Below, in pieces: positions 40,278 through 53,272 of a DNA stretch of 64,000 bases; within the stretch, counting starts at the first letter, position 1; each line of letters starts with the position of its first letter. The position numbers and the translations under genes were made by a program. The notes beneath the pieces were generated by a model. The model ran no database searches, had not been told where the DNA came from, and saw only the letters and a list, made by a program, of their open reading frames with translations. This stretch comes from Lytechinus pictus (taxonomy: Eukaryota): assembly GCF_037042905.1 (NCBI RefSeq), contig NC_087251.1:1240001-1304000 (forward strand). Reading direction: 5' to 3'.

Positions 40278-41153
40278 AAGAGTTTAGTTGCAAAAGGGGT
40301 TAGGTCCACTTTGGACCATTCTGAGAAAAACCATGTTTTTTATTCTCACTTATTGCAATATGCTTATGAGAAACTAAATTAGAAAGTCAAAAGGGGCCTA
40401 AGCTTTCGATCCTAGCAGAATCTTCGTCGGAGGCAAAATGAGAAACTAAATTGTCATGATGTACTACCCTATCATATGAACATAAAATTTGGTATAAAAG
40501 AAATCTACCACATTTTTTTTCTATATATTTAAAAAAATATATATCATTGTGGACCTAACCCCTTTTGCAAGTAACCTGAAATGAATCCAATCTCTTGAGA
40601 TTAAAAAAGTGATTTTTCTTTGCCACTTAAATTCACATTTGAATTTAAAATTTTCTGTGGTATCATCAGAGTGACTAAAAATTTAGAGGTTTAGAGACAG
40701 AAAACTATAAAGTTTATGAAAAATGGATCTAACCCCTTTGACATAGTTCTTCAGAAGAGTTTTGTTGCAAAAGGGGTTAGGTCCACTCCAAGAAAATCAT
40801 TTTTTTTTATTCTCCCATATTGCAATATTCTTATGCGAAACTGAATTTTCATGATACCCTTCCATGAGAACAAAATAATTGGGTATAAAAGAAATCTACC
40901 TGTCTTCATATTTATTATAATTCTTTTCAAAAAAAAATCTGTGTGGACCTAACCCCTTTTGCAACTAAACTGAAATGGACATAACCCCTTTAAAAAAAAA
41001 GTGATTTTCTTTGCCATTTTAGTTCACTTTTTAATAGGAATTTCAACTTTTCTTTGGTATCATCTTATAGAGCTTCTAAAAATCTATACATTGAGACATA
41101 AAAATAAAATTTGATGAAAATTGGACCTAACCCCTTTTGCAAGTGAGCTCTTC
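40278..41153. mobile_element. Tandem dimer of a ~400-bp GAAGAG..CTCTTC MITE
   Basis: Copies at 40278-40752 and 40754-41153; TIR and internal motif TTGCAAAAGGGGTTAGGTCC. Confidence 0.8.
40395..40434 (-). ncRNA. Minimal type-I hammerhead ribozyme-like motif (Penelope-type)
   Basis: Minus strand reads GCCU CCGACGA A GAUUCU-GCU-AGGAUC GAAA GC UU AGGC: stem I, core (U4 replaced by C), 6-bp stem II, GAAA, palindromic AAGCUU. Confidence 0.65.
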
Positions 41154-41670
41154 ATATAGTTAAAAAGTTACATTAACCTTTGTTTAATGGGGGGAGGTAG
41201 GGGTGAGTGGTATGAGTTCACAAGGAACTGTTTCCAAATTGCTTATGAAACATTTTAATCAGGATGAAAATGTAATTCGGATGAGATTACTCTCTTGTAT
41301 GTGGACGGAATGGGCTTTACAAAAATGTACATGAAGTAGACTGCATTTAAAAAAAATAAAGCCAAAATGTCTGTATGAGTATTGAGTAAGAGTTTGTGCA
41401 TCATTATCATACGTTCAATATGTTGCTGGAAATTATTTCTGTAAAACATTTTTGACATTGGATTTATCATCAGCTTTGTACAGTATATGGCCATTCATTG
41501 CAAATTACAGTGTGCATACAATGTAAAATACATGTAGGCCTACATGTGTACAAAGTGGAATATTGCATTTGGGGAATGGGTTATATTGAGAAAGAGAGAG
41601 AAAAAAAAAACAAAAAAAATTGTTATACTATCAATTTATCAAACATGACAAGAAGTGTTGGTGCTTTGTA

Positions 41671-41870
41671 GGGAGGCGCGATAGCTCAGTCGGTAGAGCG
41701 GGGGTTTCGGATTCCGGTGACCCGGGTTCGATTCCCAAGTGGTGCGCTAGTGCCCTTTGGTAAGGCATTTATCCTCATTACCAGGTCCCTCGGAGAGGAC
41801 CTTAAGCCGTTGGTCCCCTGGTTGCTTGCTCACAGGCATTCGTGCTTTCTTAGCAGTCAGGTAAAACAAC
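41671..41870 (+). mobile_element. tRNA-derived SINE, second family (Meta-domain-like core)
   Basis: A-box TAGCTCAGTCGG, B-box GGTTCGATTCCC, body GGTCCCTCGGAGAGGACCTTAAGCCG; acceptor stem not intact. Confidence 0.78.
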
Positions 41871-43052
41871 CTCGGTATAACATAACATTGACAAAGAGAC
41901 ACACTTTGACATTTGTCCTTGTCTTAATTTCACCTCAGACATAGATTATAAAAAAGAGGATTTTGGTTTTGAAATCCAGTTGGATTACAAGTTCGCCCAG
42001 TTCACTCTACATGTAGATGAATGAATTTGTGTGAGGTAGGCCTACTTTAATAAGGAGAGCGATTATTTCTTGCTCTTCAGATCATTTTGCATCTAGTTTC
42101 CCGCTTAGATCCGGTTACAATCAGTGAACATATGCACCAGGTACCAATGTAATGATGTAGAGGTGCCCATGCAGAACTAATGTCAATAGGACATAGTCAA
42201 GTCAGGCTGTAATTCGGCTTTAGGCCTACCTGACATTTCTTTCCACTAAAGTTTGTTTTTCAAAGTTGATGAAAATCAACATCATGTTGACAAAAAACAG
42301 TGTGAACTTGGCATGTTCAATGATTGTCATAGCATGATGCTTTTATACAGTGTACAAAATGTACATGTGTTGAAATGTAGACTTTATATTGTACAGTGTA
42401 CATGTACAGTACACTGCATATACATATATTTGTGTGTACATACATGCAGGACATGTATGCCTACAAGAAGCAGAGAGAACAAATTGACCTTGATGTTTTT
42501 TTTAATCATTTCTCAAACTGAATTGCGTAAAAAATATTTGTAATTGTTTAGGTTGTCAGGTGTTATGACACCATTTTAGAAAGTTCTACTACACTTTAAT
42601 GTACACTTTACTACATGTAATTGTGCGTGTAGATACATGTATGAAGAGCTGCCACTTATTTTGCTGGCTCCTCTGAGTGCTTGAAATGGCAGCTGTAGCA
42701 AAAGATTCAGTCTTTTGGTTGCAACTATGAATTCTATTACATTATTAGTATTGGTCATTTTTCAGCTGCAGGGATAGTTTCTAGGACATTCCTCGAGACA
42801 ATCATAATTTTTTAACTATACGCGCCGCTTTTCTGACGGCGGTGTCAATATTGAAATCTTAAACAAGGTTAAGACTTAAGTTTTTGAAATGTCATCATAA
42901 CTTAAAAAGTATATGGACCTAGTTCATGAAACTTGGAGTCTTGGACATAAGGGTAATCAAGTATTACTGAACAACCTGCCTGAGTTTCAGGTCACATGAC
43001 CATGGTCAAAGGTCATTTAGGGTCAATGAACTTAGACCATGTAAATTTTAGG

Positions 43053-43279
43053 GACAGTGATTTTCCGTTTTACCAGTAGAATAAAACGGAAATTCCTTTT
43101 GGTTCTTACACTTTTCATGTAAAAATTCATGGAATTCACCTTTGCAGAACGGAATTCAGGTTTTTCCTGTGTACATGTTCAGTGAAAAAACAGAATTTCC
43201 ATTTTTAGATCAAGTTGAAACGGAATTACAGATTTTCAGAAACGGAAAATACAATTTTTTGAAACGGAAAATCACTGTC
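43053..43279. mobile_element. Small MITE nested in the HINE
   Basis: Perfect 18-bp IR GACAGTGATTTTCCGTTT / AAACGGAAAATCACTGTC. Confidence 0.72.
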
Positions 43280-44030
43280 TAGCTACATGTACAGTGTACA
43301 TGTACATCATCATGTTGGGGGAATCAATATCGAAATCTTAACCAAGGTTAAGTTTTTGAAATGTTTTCATAACTTGGAAAGTATATGGACCTAGTTCATG
43401 AAAATTAGACATAAGGGTAATATTGTACATGTATCACTGAACGTCCTGCTTGAGTTTCAGGTCACATGACCAAGGTCGAAGGTCACTTATGTAGGGTCAA
43501 TGAACTTTGACCATTTTGGGGGTATTTGTGGAATTGTCATCACAAATTTAAAAGTTTATGGATCTAGTTTATGAAACAATAGACATGAGAGCAATTAAGT
43601 ATCCCTGAACATCCTGTGCAAGTTTCAGGTATCATGATCAAGGTCAAAGGTCATTTAGGGTCAACAAATTTTGATAATGTTGGGGGTATTTGTGAAATTG
43701 TCATCACAAATTTAAAAGTTAATGGATCTAGCTCATGAAACTTGGACATAAGAGTAAACCATGTATCCCTGAATATCCTCTGAACATTTCAGTTAAAGTC
43801 AATGAACTTTTGCCGTGTTGGGGCTATGTGTTGAATTGGCATCTTAACTTAGAAAGTTTATGGATCTACACATGTACATGTAGTTCATGAAACATAGACA
43901 TAAGGGTAATCAAGTATGTTTTGCACATGTATAATAGGTCACATGATCATGGTCAAAGGTCATGTTTGGTCAATGGACTTAGTGTTTTATTATCATATGA
44001 GTGTTTTCTTTTGTGAATAATTATTCAATA

Positions 44031-45685
44031 GGGCAATTCCACAGGTTGGTAGACATGAGCTTAAAAATTCAAATTCAATATTTTCTTGAATTTTTTAAAA
44101 ATACTTTAAGTCCTTCATGCATGATAGTTTCAGGAACAAAAAATAAAAGATTATTTTCGTATGTATACTTTGGAAAATAATTGTCAAAAGTTGTGTCTTC
44201 CATTCTGTACCAAAATACAAGAAAAATAGCGAAAAATGAAATATGCCTTATTACCATTTTGTTATTGCAACAACATACCACTTTATATATTTCTGAAGTT
44301 TAGAAGAGTCAAATTACCTAAAATACACAACAGCTTTTCAAGTAAATTTGTAGTAGTCATTCAAAAATGAATATTGCAACCTGCTCAGGTGATGTAACGT
44401 GAGTAACCGAAAAAAATGACTTTGTTTTCTGAGAGAAAAATTCTTCACAGTTAATTGGTGGGATTTTAAATTCTCTTCCTTCAAACAATCTTTGACACAG
44501 TGATGACTATCAAAATCATTAAAAAGTACAATTTTTTATAAAAATGATGAAGAAAAACTGTAATGTGAGTAACCTTGTAACGTGAGTAACCATCATGTAA
44601 TGTGAGTAACCAGTAAAAATCATGCAGTGAGGTAATATTTTCAGTGGGATGTCAAGTTTTAAGTCTCATGGTGAGTTGTGAAGTTATTTTTGATTAATTA
44701 AAAGCAAAATGAGGGTACACCTCTTTGATGTGACTCTTTGTTCATCAAAATATCAGTTCAGTGGTCATACAATCACACAAAAAATTGAATATTAGTAGAA
44801 GTATTCACAATGCGAGAGTGCATTAGTAAGACTTGGTTTCGATTAACCAAACTTTAAAGAGTGTTCGAACAACAAATTGAATGTCCTTACATGTACCTGT
44901 AACCCTATCTAGGCTGGGGTATTTTGGGAGTTAATATGGCCCGGGGGGGGGGGGGGGTGGGTGGGGCCTCCCAGGCCCCCCTTGAGATCTCGGCCATTGG
45001 CCGCACGATCACGCCGAAAATTTGCACGCAGGTTGTCTTGGACATAATCTACAATACTTTACAGTAATTTATTTCATGCAAATTGGTATTAAGCAATTAT
45101 GCTAATTTATGCATAATTTGTAAGCAAAATCATACTTTTCCCTCTTACTCCCTAATAAAGCTCCAATATTTCCAATTTTTTGTATAAAATCTCTTTTTGA
45201 TGTTCCTAGCAATGAATTTTACACACATTATTGAATTTTTAATGACATTTGTGTTGTTAACCATACATGGACAAAATGTAACGTGAGTAACCGTAACGTG
45301 AGTAACCATATTATCTGCACCCCAAGTAAAAACCATGTGTTCTCTATTTTTTTAATTATGTACAAAGTTTGTCTCCCTAATATACTTCTTTGAAATAGAT
45401 ATAATCAACTTTCATAAAAGCCTTGTATGAGGAGACTTTTCACTTATGTCGACTTTTCATTTTATGCATGTCCAAATCATGTAACGTGAGTAACCGACAC
45501 ATTCCAAAGATTTGCCAGGAGCATAATAAAATTTCAAAAGTTTTGTTTTTATACAAAGGATAGTCAGACTGTGTACTTTGTTGTGATAAGGAAATGTTTA
45601 GTTCCTATCAATAATAATGGAGTAACAGCTCCAAGTATGAGTCAAGGTGTCTCCAAATGTAACGTGAGTAACCGTGGAATAGCCC
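44031..45685. mobile_element. Sola-like non-autonomous transposon
   Basis: TIR GGGC(A/T)ATTCCAC; 4-bp TSD AATA; ~8 internal GTAA(C/T)GTGAGTAACC motifs. Confidence 0.8.
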
Positions 45686-46506
45686 AATAGCTGTTTTCAA
45701 AGTCAGCACTGCTGCTACATATATATCAAATCGCGTAATGCAAGCGAGACTGTCAGAGGCATTCCACTTGTTATAGTAATTAGGCCCCTATTAAATATTG
45801 TTATTTTTTATAATTGTTATTATAAATGTTATTTTTGTTAGTATAATTATTATTAAAAATGCAATAAATGAGGTTTTCAGAAGTCTTTTATGATTATGAT
45901 AACTTTAAAACTGTAATTTATGTAATTTCGTTTTAAAATATAAAAATGAAGGTAAATACATGTAAATTGACCTTTGAAAGTTAGTGAACATCCTGAATGT
46001 TTCACTTGAGTCCTCTCTTGTATGAACCATACATTGTCTTTTCTCTAATACCTATATACATGTATGTAACTTGTATCTATTGGAATGATTGTACTGTATG
46101 TACATGTAGATATAAAGCAAAGGAAAACTCAATAAATCCTTGATCATTCCATAGATTTGATGCTGTGCTAATCTAGCTATCTCATTTCCTATACTGATTA
46201 AAGATGAGCAAGGAAACCAGTGAGGATTCATTTCCGTTCTGAGAGTCGATCCTTGTTTGAGAAACTCTCCTCCATGTCGTTGTTCTCTCTGGCTCATTGA
46301 GATGAAAAGCTCGTTGATGCATTCAAATATTTGTAGACATGTACATGTACCAGGGTACTTGTCTAAACTATTACAATCTCTATGTACCTACTCCTTCAAA
46401 TATGTTTAATATTTCCACATCCAAGATCATAATGTGTTCAATACTTTTCTATGGTTCATGTACTTATGTACAAGCTTCATACACATTAAAGCTGTAAAAC
46501 ACTAAA

Positions 46507-48681
46507 GGGTGATTCCATACGTGTCGTAAGGGACATTTAGAGAACAATTGACAGTTTTTTGACAAAAAAAAACAAAAAATATTCCAGTAACTAAAGGTGA
46601 TCATCAAGTGCTACCAGAGTGTTAGAAAAACCAAGACTTAACATGACTTGAATTCACATCCTGTATAATACAGATTTAAAATAGTAATGTGTCGTACGGA
46701 CGCAGAAAAAGTGGCTTTTTTAGAAACCTCACGTTTGTACTCTAAAGTCTGTGAGTTGGACAGATAATTTTCATAGAAACTAAACTCAAATTGATATTCA
46801 ATTACCCAAGAACAAACACATCTATGAAAGAAAGCAAAATAAACATTCATGAATAAATAAAGCAAATTAAGATTTTCGAGAACATTGTGGCGTACGGGAC
46901 ACTCAAAATGTGTTGACGGGACATCTCTAAATTGAAGCCAAACTTTCTTACTTATGTCTCTTTGACTTCTTCAATCACTTTATTTGGCTGATGATAATGA
47001 TAATCCTATCAAACTAAAGACATTCATTATGTTAGAAACCGCTATTGGCTGAATATTTCTGTCAATATATCATAAACAAAATAATGTGTCGTACGGGACA
47101 CTTGTGTGTCGTACAGGACACTTCTGTGTCGTACGGGACACTTGTGTGTCGTACGGGACACTTGTGTGTTGTACAGGCACTTGCGTGTTGTACTGGGCAG
47201 CCTGAATAAAACAATGAACTTTTTATCAATCAGAAGGGGAGCATTGCCCCTAAATTCTTCCTTTTTAATGAAAAGTCTTTTAATAAGTAGTCATTAAGGA
47301 CAATATAATTAAGAAACCTCAATATATACAATCGGGAACAATATGTTATCATTTTTTTTTCATGATGGGAAATGTACCTGGGGTTCACAGCATGTTTAAG
47401 AGCTGAAAAACTTGAGGTTTTGTGTGAAGTTATATTTTAGTGAATTAATTGATGATTTCCAATACACTATTTAAACAATGAAACTGTTTGTGTAAATTAT
47501 GGGGCTAAAATGTTATGATTTTTCGTATAAAATGTATATATACATGATATATGTCACACCTGTCACTTGTAATTCCACAAAATATTTTTTTTCTAAGAAA
47601 TGCGGTTCTACTTTTTCAAACCTTTCTGCATTTCACGAAACCATATGGTTTGTCTTATTTTCCAGATTTTTTTACAACTTGAAAAAAGTAAGGAGTTTCA
47701 ATACTGTACATAAAAACAATTAGTGATCATCAAGGGAAGTCCAAATAGATGATTGATATGTAACTTTTTTTTACATCCTATAGTAATTCCACATTAGCAT
47801 GCAAGAGGAAGTCATCTTCCAGGCTAGGGTTAATCAATTATAAAGGTTTTCTTTGCATGCTCAATGACAAAGAAATTAACCTGCTCTGACTAGTGAAAAT
47901 CATCAGTTTAGCTGACGGGATTCACAAAAGAATACGCCTACATGAATTTAATTAAAATGGTTAGAATCACCTATTTCATGTTCTATGGAGATAAAAAAGG
48001 TACTTTTTCAGTTCACTTTATGTCAAATCATTTACTTGAATTAAAATAGGCCTATTTATAGTTTCTGAATCCAAATCCTGCAATTAAATGCATTATAAAT
48101 TGTGTGTCGTACGGGACATGTCCCGTATGACACACACTGTGTCGTACGGGACAACTTTTAATAGGACAATTATTGAAAAATGAAGGGCAGTAATTAGATC
48201 CTTATGGGATAAATCGATCACCCATGGGTCAAAGAAAGAGAAACTTATATAGTGAAATTGCATCATCAAAAATAAAATTGTAGGAAAAACTTTTGCATTT
48301 TCATGTGTCGTACGGGACATTGCCAAAAAAATTCGGAAAAACCAGGGCTGCCCCTATTATGGATCATGAAAATGTTGTAGATATGATTTGGAACCATCAA
48401 TGATACATTATTCCATTGACCTGCAATATTTTCAATCTTCTCGTGCTTTGCCAATAATTGTTTCAGGCAGTGTTTGTACTTGACTATTTAATTAGCAAAA
48501 TTATTGAAAATTGAAAATTCCATTGTTCCCCCCCAAAAAAACTATATCTGACTTTACTTTTGGTTAAAACTCATAATTTTCATAAAATTTAGGTATCATA
48601 GTAAAATATTACACTACTTATGACTTATTGAAAGCAAGTTGAAATTTATGATATTTTTGAAGTTCTAGTGTGGAATCGCCC
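46507..48681. mobile_element. Sola-like non-autonomous transposon
   Basis: TIR GGG(T/C)GATTCCA(T/C)AC; 4-bp TSD TAAA; internal GTGTCGTACGGGACA motifs, including a 20-bp tandem array at ~47086-47190. Confidence 0.8.
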
Positions 48682-50924
48682 TAAAATGCGCCAAAAACAA
48701 GTTATGGTGAATAAATAGGGAAAATCAACCAAGCAACGACCAACAGGGGCAATTAACCAGATTTAAAACTTTTGACGGGATTACTACCGTACTTCTACTC
48801 ATATTATTGTACAATGCCTACTTTAATAGCTTGTTGTATAGTACACAAGCAAATGGGAGGCTGTATGTAAAGCATTTTTACTGTTGCGCAAGGGTTACTT
48901 TTCAGATGACCTCACATTGAGTAATGACAAAAACATTAAACAAAATTCACTTGAAATGTTGGGCAGAACAGATACACATGATGAACATGTAGTCCCATGC
49001 ATGAATTTCTGTGTACAGACTACAGTGCATACATGTATACGGCTCACAACAAAAGAGAGTTCATTTCTGATCAGTCGGGTGATTTTGAAATCTTTTGGTA
49101 GGTTCATGGATTCAGCATTCAAAATCAGCTCCACCAACTGATCTCAAGACCAGAATGTACAGTATTTTAATGGTAAACTAAACCAACCTTTAGAACCCAA
49201 GTCTACAGTAGTATTGCTAAGACCCTTGGCTCAAACATTTTATTTTAACAAAGATGCTGTGATTTTTGTGTGTGCTCATTTTGAGTCATTTACATGTAAT
49301 GCAGATTTGAGGAATCCTGTTGGCTGACAGTAATAGTAATACTGAAGGATCACTCAATTCCAATCTGTTGGGATAAAAGGGGTACCTGAGGCTGTACATG
49401 TATGTATTATGATTTTTACAGATAAAGTAAAATCAGACAAAGTTCACTGAAAATATTCGGAATTTGATGAGGAATAACAAATTTTAATGACATTTTAGAG
49501 ATTTGCATTAGCCTACATGTATTTTCAGTGAAATAGTTCTATGAATGTCTTCGTGAATATACATTGAGTGAGCTGATGATGTCATATCCCCACTTATTAT
49601 TCTCTTTTTTTAAAAACCACTGATCACTTTCATATCATTACACTCCTAATATTTTAGCTTGTATTTACAGTTCATTCAATTAGGATCCCTAAATTAGACC
49701 CCAAAATAGCCAATCTGGAATAAAATTATTGGAAATGGTTTTTCAACTAATTTGAGTAGGTATGGGTGTCAACATTTACCAAAAAAAAGTTAGGAGGAAT
49801 ACGGGTTGGAGAAAGTGATTATTTTCAAGGTCAAAGGTCAATGACCTTTTCATATATACTGTATACCGGTAATGGTATCTCTGAGATGGAAAGGCGTAGG
49901 TTGGTGATAATGGTGTCAAAATGCACAAATTCTTTAATACCAGAATATAAAATAAAATTAATTACCTAGAATGCACATTCACCAATAAAATTTAAGGTCA
50001 AAGCCTTGCAAAGGTGAATGACCTTTTTTTTTACATTATATACCATACCATATAATGGTATCTCTGAGATGATAAGGTACAGGCTGGTGATCATGGTGTC
50101 AAAATGCACAGATTCTTACCAGAAGATCAAATGAAATAAAATTAAGTACCTAGAATGCACATTCACCCATAAAATTTAAGGCCAAAGGTCAATGACCTTT
50201 TATATATTATATACCATACTGTATAATGGTATCTCTGAGATGAAAAGGCACAGGTTGGTGATCATGGTGTCAAAATGCACAAAATGCACGGATTCTTGCG
50301 AGAAGATGAAATAAAATAAAATTAAGTACATAGAATGCACATTCACCCATAAAATTTAAGGCCAAAGGTCAATGACCTTTTTTTACATTATGTACCCTCT
50401 TATATAATTGTATCTCTAAGATAAAACGGCGCAGGTTGGAGTTCTTGGTGTCAAATACACATATACTTACAGGAAGATTAAATAAAATAAAATTAAGCAT
50501 CGAGAATGCACATTCTTCCATAAAATTCAAGGACAAAGGTCAATGTCCTTTTTAACATTTTTATTTAATAATGGTATCTCTGAGATAAAACACCGCAGGT
50601 TGGTGATCTTGGTACCAGAATGCAAAGACTTGTACAAGAAGATTAAAAAACACCACTGAAATAAGTATAAAAAATAAATTTTCACCCTTGAAATCCAAGA
50701 TCAGAGGAAATATATAATCTGTATGACATAAAAATAACAAAAAAATTATCCTTTGTGATCATATTTTATTTGTGAATAATGTAAATAAAGATGGCTAAAT
50801 TGTAATGAAAACATTGAGGTTTCATAATTTCAGTCTGAAATATTGAAGGTCATGGAGAATATATTTAGGGGTGGAGGTCAATTAAACCTTTCCAAAATAT
50901 CAGTGGACTTTAAGTAAAAAAAGT

Positions 50925-53272
50925 TAATAACCAAATAACACTTCTTCATATACTGCCATGCGTTGCCAATAGCAATGAAATGTTTTCACACCTTTCATTG
51001 TGTGTATCTCTAAAACAACAAATGATGGGAGTTTGCTTTTGATAGAGTTAATAAAGTGAACCTTGCTGTATACTCTGATACTAAGTTTTCCTATGTAACC
51101 ACATTTGTTTACGCATCAGCAAGCAAAAATGTGTCGGTAACTGACATTACGCAAAAGGACATGGAATTTCAAGGTGTTCATTAAAATTGAAATATCTCAT
51201 GTCCCTGAGTAGATAGAGTAATAATTTGAATATGTAAATATACCTCCGTTACTAGGTTAAGATGTGTCAAAATATGAAACAATTAGTTTTTGTCTTTTGG
51301 GGGTTATGATAATTTTTCCACAACCATGCTGGTAACTGACATTACACTTAATTTGCCATAGAGATAACACATGGAAGTCAAATGTGTGGAATCATTGCAT
51401 TGTATCTTCTGTGCAGGGCTTCACATGAAAGTGAGCTTGATGTGGAAGTATACCCGTGTTTCTAGGAACATTTCAATGAAAAAAACTTTTTCTTTTTCTT
51501 AATTCCTTTGATTTGAACATTTTTATCATTACTTGTCGGTAACTGACAATACACATTAACATTTACCAGTGCTATATGAATTTCAAAGGCATAATTTTCT
51601 TGGTACGTATATGTAAGGCTTTTTAAAATCATAAAAGTTTCATAATACTTCACATTTTTAATTATCAAAAGATAAGAAATGTATGTTTTACTTACTCGGG
51701 GGGGGGGGGGGGTGGGGTCATAGCAGCTACATGTTTTCCTATAGTAATTTAATATTGATTTGACTGTACACATGGATTTTTCTGACTATACACCCATAAT
51801 ATATTCATCAGTTTTATATATTGACTTTTTAAACCTTTTCCTTCTCCAACCTCCCCCTCCCCTCAAAAAAAGGCAAAATGAACAAGGGTCTCCTCCCCTA
51901 GGCTACACGTACCCCTCCCCGAATCTCATGCAGCCATGTAGTTTTATTGATTTCTATTCTGGTCAGTGCAAGCAATGCTTGTTCATATCTGTCGGATTTC
52001 AATTCTCTTCATAATTTGTTTAATCATTTTCTTTGCTAATTTCTTTTTTAAGCTGTCCAGCTTCTAAACTGAAACTTAACTAGTTGTAAATTAGAAGAAA
52101 AAAAAACAGTTTTAGTAGATCCATGCAACATTGATCAGAACTGTCAAATTTTACTTTTCATCTATGCTTGTAAACCAAAAACAAAATTGTATCACACATC
52201 CACACTACTAACATGTATAAAAACCAGGAATTTACTTTTAGCGAGGCAATGCTCAAAAGAATCCTAGAAACTAAAAAAGGGACCCTGGAAATCCCCTTCA
52301 TCACAATGTTAAGCTTAAAAAACGTTGCAGATTTAGGCAATAGGTTGGGAAAATTACCCCCTACCCCCCCCCCCCCCGAAAACCAAACAAAAAATTGTCT
52401 GATACAAACAATTAGGTACTTGGTAAGTGCATGTACAAAACAATTTTATAGTAATTTTTTTTTGCACGATGGGAATGCAACTTCCTTCATAATTTCATAT
52501 AGTATTCCTTGTGAACTATACCTTTTTAAAGTCAATAGCAAGCTCCTTCTGGTGTGACTTGAAGTGAAAGACTTAAATAACAAAGTATACAATATTTCTT
52601 CACCATAAAATTGACCACATATTTGCATTTCAATATTGGTAACCAACGTTTATCATAGTAACTGACATTACATCTCGGTAACTGACATTACATTTTCCAC
52701 TTGGTAACTGACATTACATATATTTAATGGTACCCTATGGCTTCATTGTTAATTGGTAATCTTTAATTTTGGTGTAGAAGGGAGGGGTGTTACCAAGAGA
52801 AGAAATCTACCAAGTTTCATATAATATATCCTCTTTTCCAGGAAATGAGAAAAAAAAAGTTCATGTTTTCAGTAACTGACATTACATACCATATCACATA
52901 CTTCATCAATGTTTTTTTATCAGATGAATGAATTACTGGTGTTTCTTTCTGTGGGATTTTAAAAAGTGTTATAATAGCAAGCTAAATCACAGGCGAAAAC
53001 ATCATGATCAAACCTGTTCTTTAAAAATCTGTCAAAACAAAATATGTATCAATATACTATTTTCAACACTAATTTGTATCCATACTTTGGCAGCCATTTT
53101 GAAATAAAAAATGGCTGCCATAGTCGGAAAAAAAATTTGTCTCAGAAACTTCAGGTCTTGTTTTATTAAAAAACATAAAGCATTTGACATGAATATCAAC
53201 TTGATTTTTTGCCTCTGTGTCCATCTGTGGTGAAAATGCCCTTTTTCTCTCCAGGGATAGACCACTCACCTC
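50925..53272. mobile_element. Left-truncated Sola-like element
   Basis: ~7 GTAACTGACA(T/A)TAC motifs; candidate right end ..ccactcacCTC|AATT; left TIR not found. Confidence 0.55.

Larger units (their letters stand above)
42817..45772 (+). mobile_element. Tandem-repeat Helentron/HINE-like element hosting nested insertions
   Basis: Repeated units ggacctagttcatgaaacttggacataagggtaat..ggtcaaaggtca; 3' end gcgagactg..ccacttgtt; host sequence resumes across the inserts. Confidence 0.62.

Noticed and set aside
41671..41750. Functional tRNA gene (TCG anticodon-like loop)
   Set aside because: A and B boxes are good, but the acceptor and anticodon stems pair poorly and a SINE-like body follows; called a SINE head.
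46200..46355. PLC-beta exon 2 candidate (reads ..SVLRVDP..)
   Set aside because: Lacks the following GFF.YW motif and has no in-phase acceptor; likely chance. No convincing second exon found in the window.
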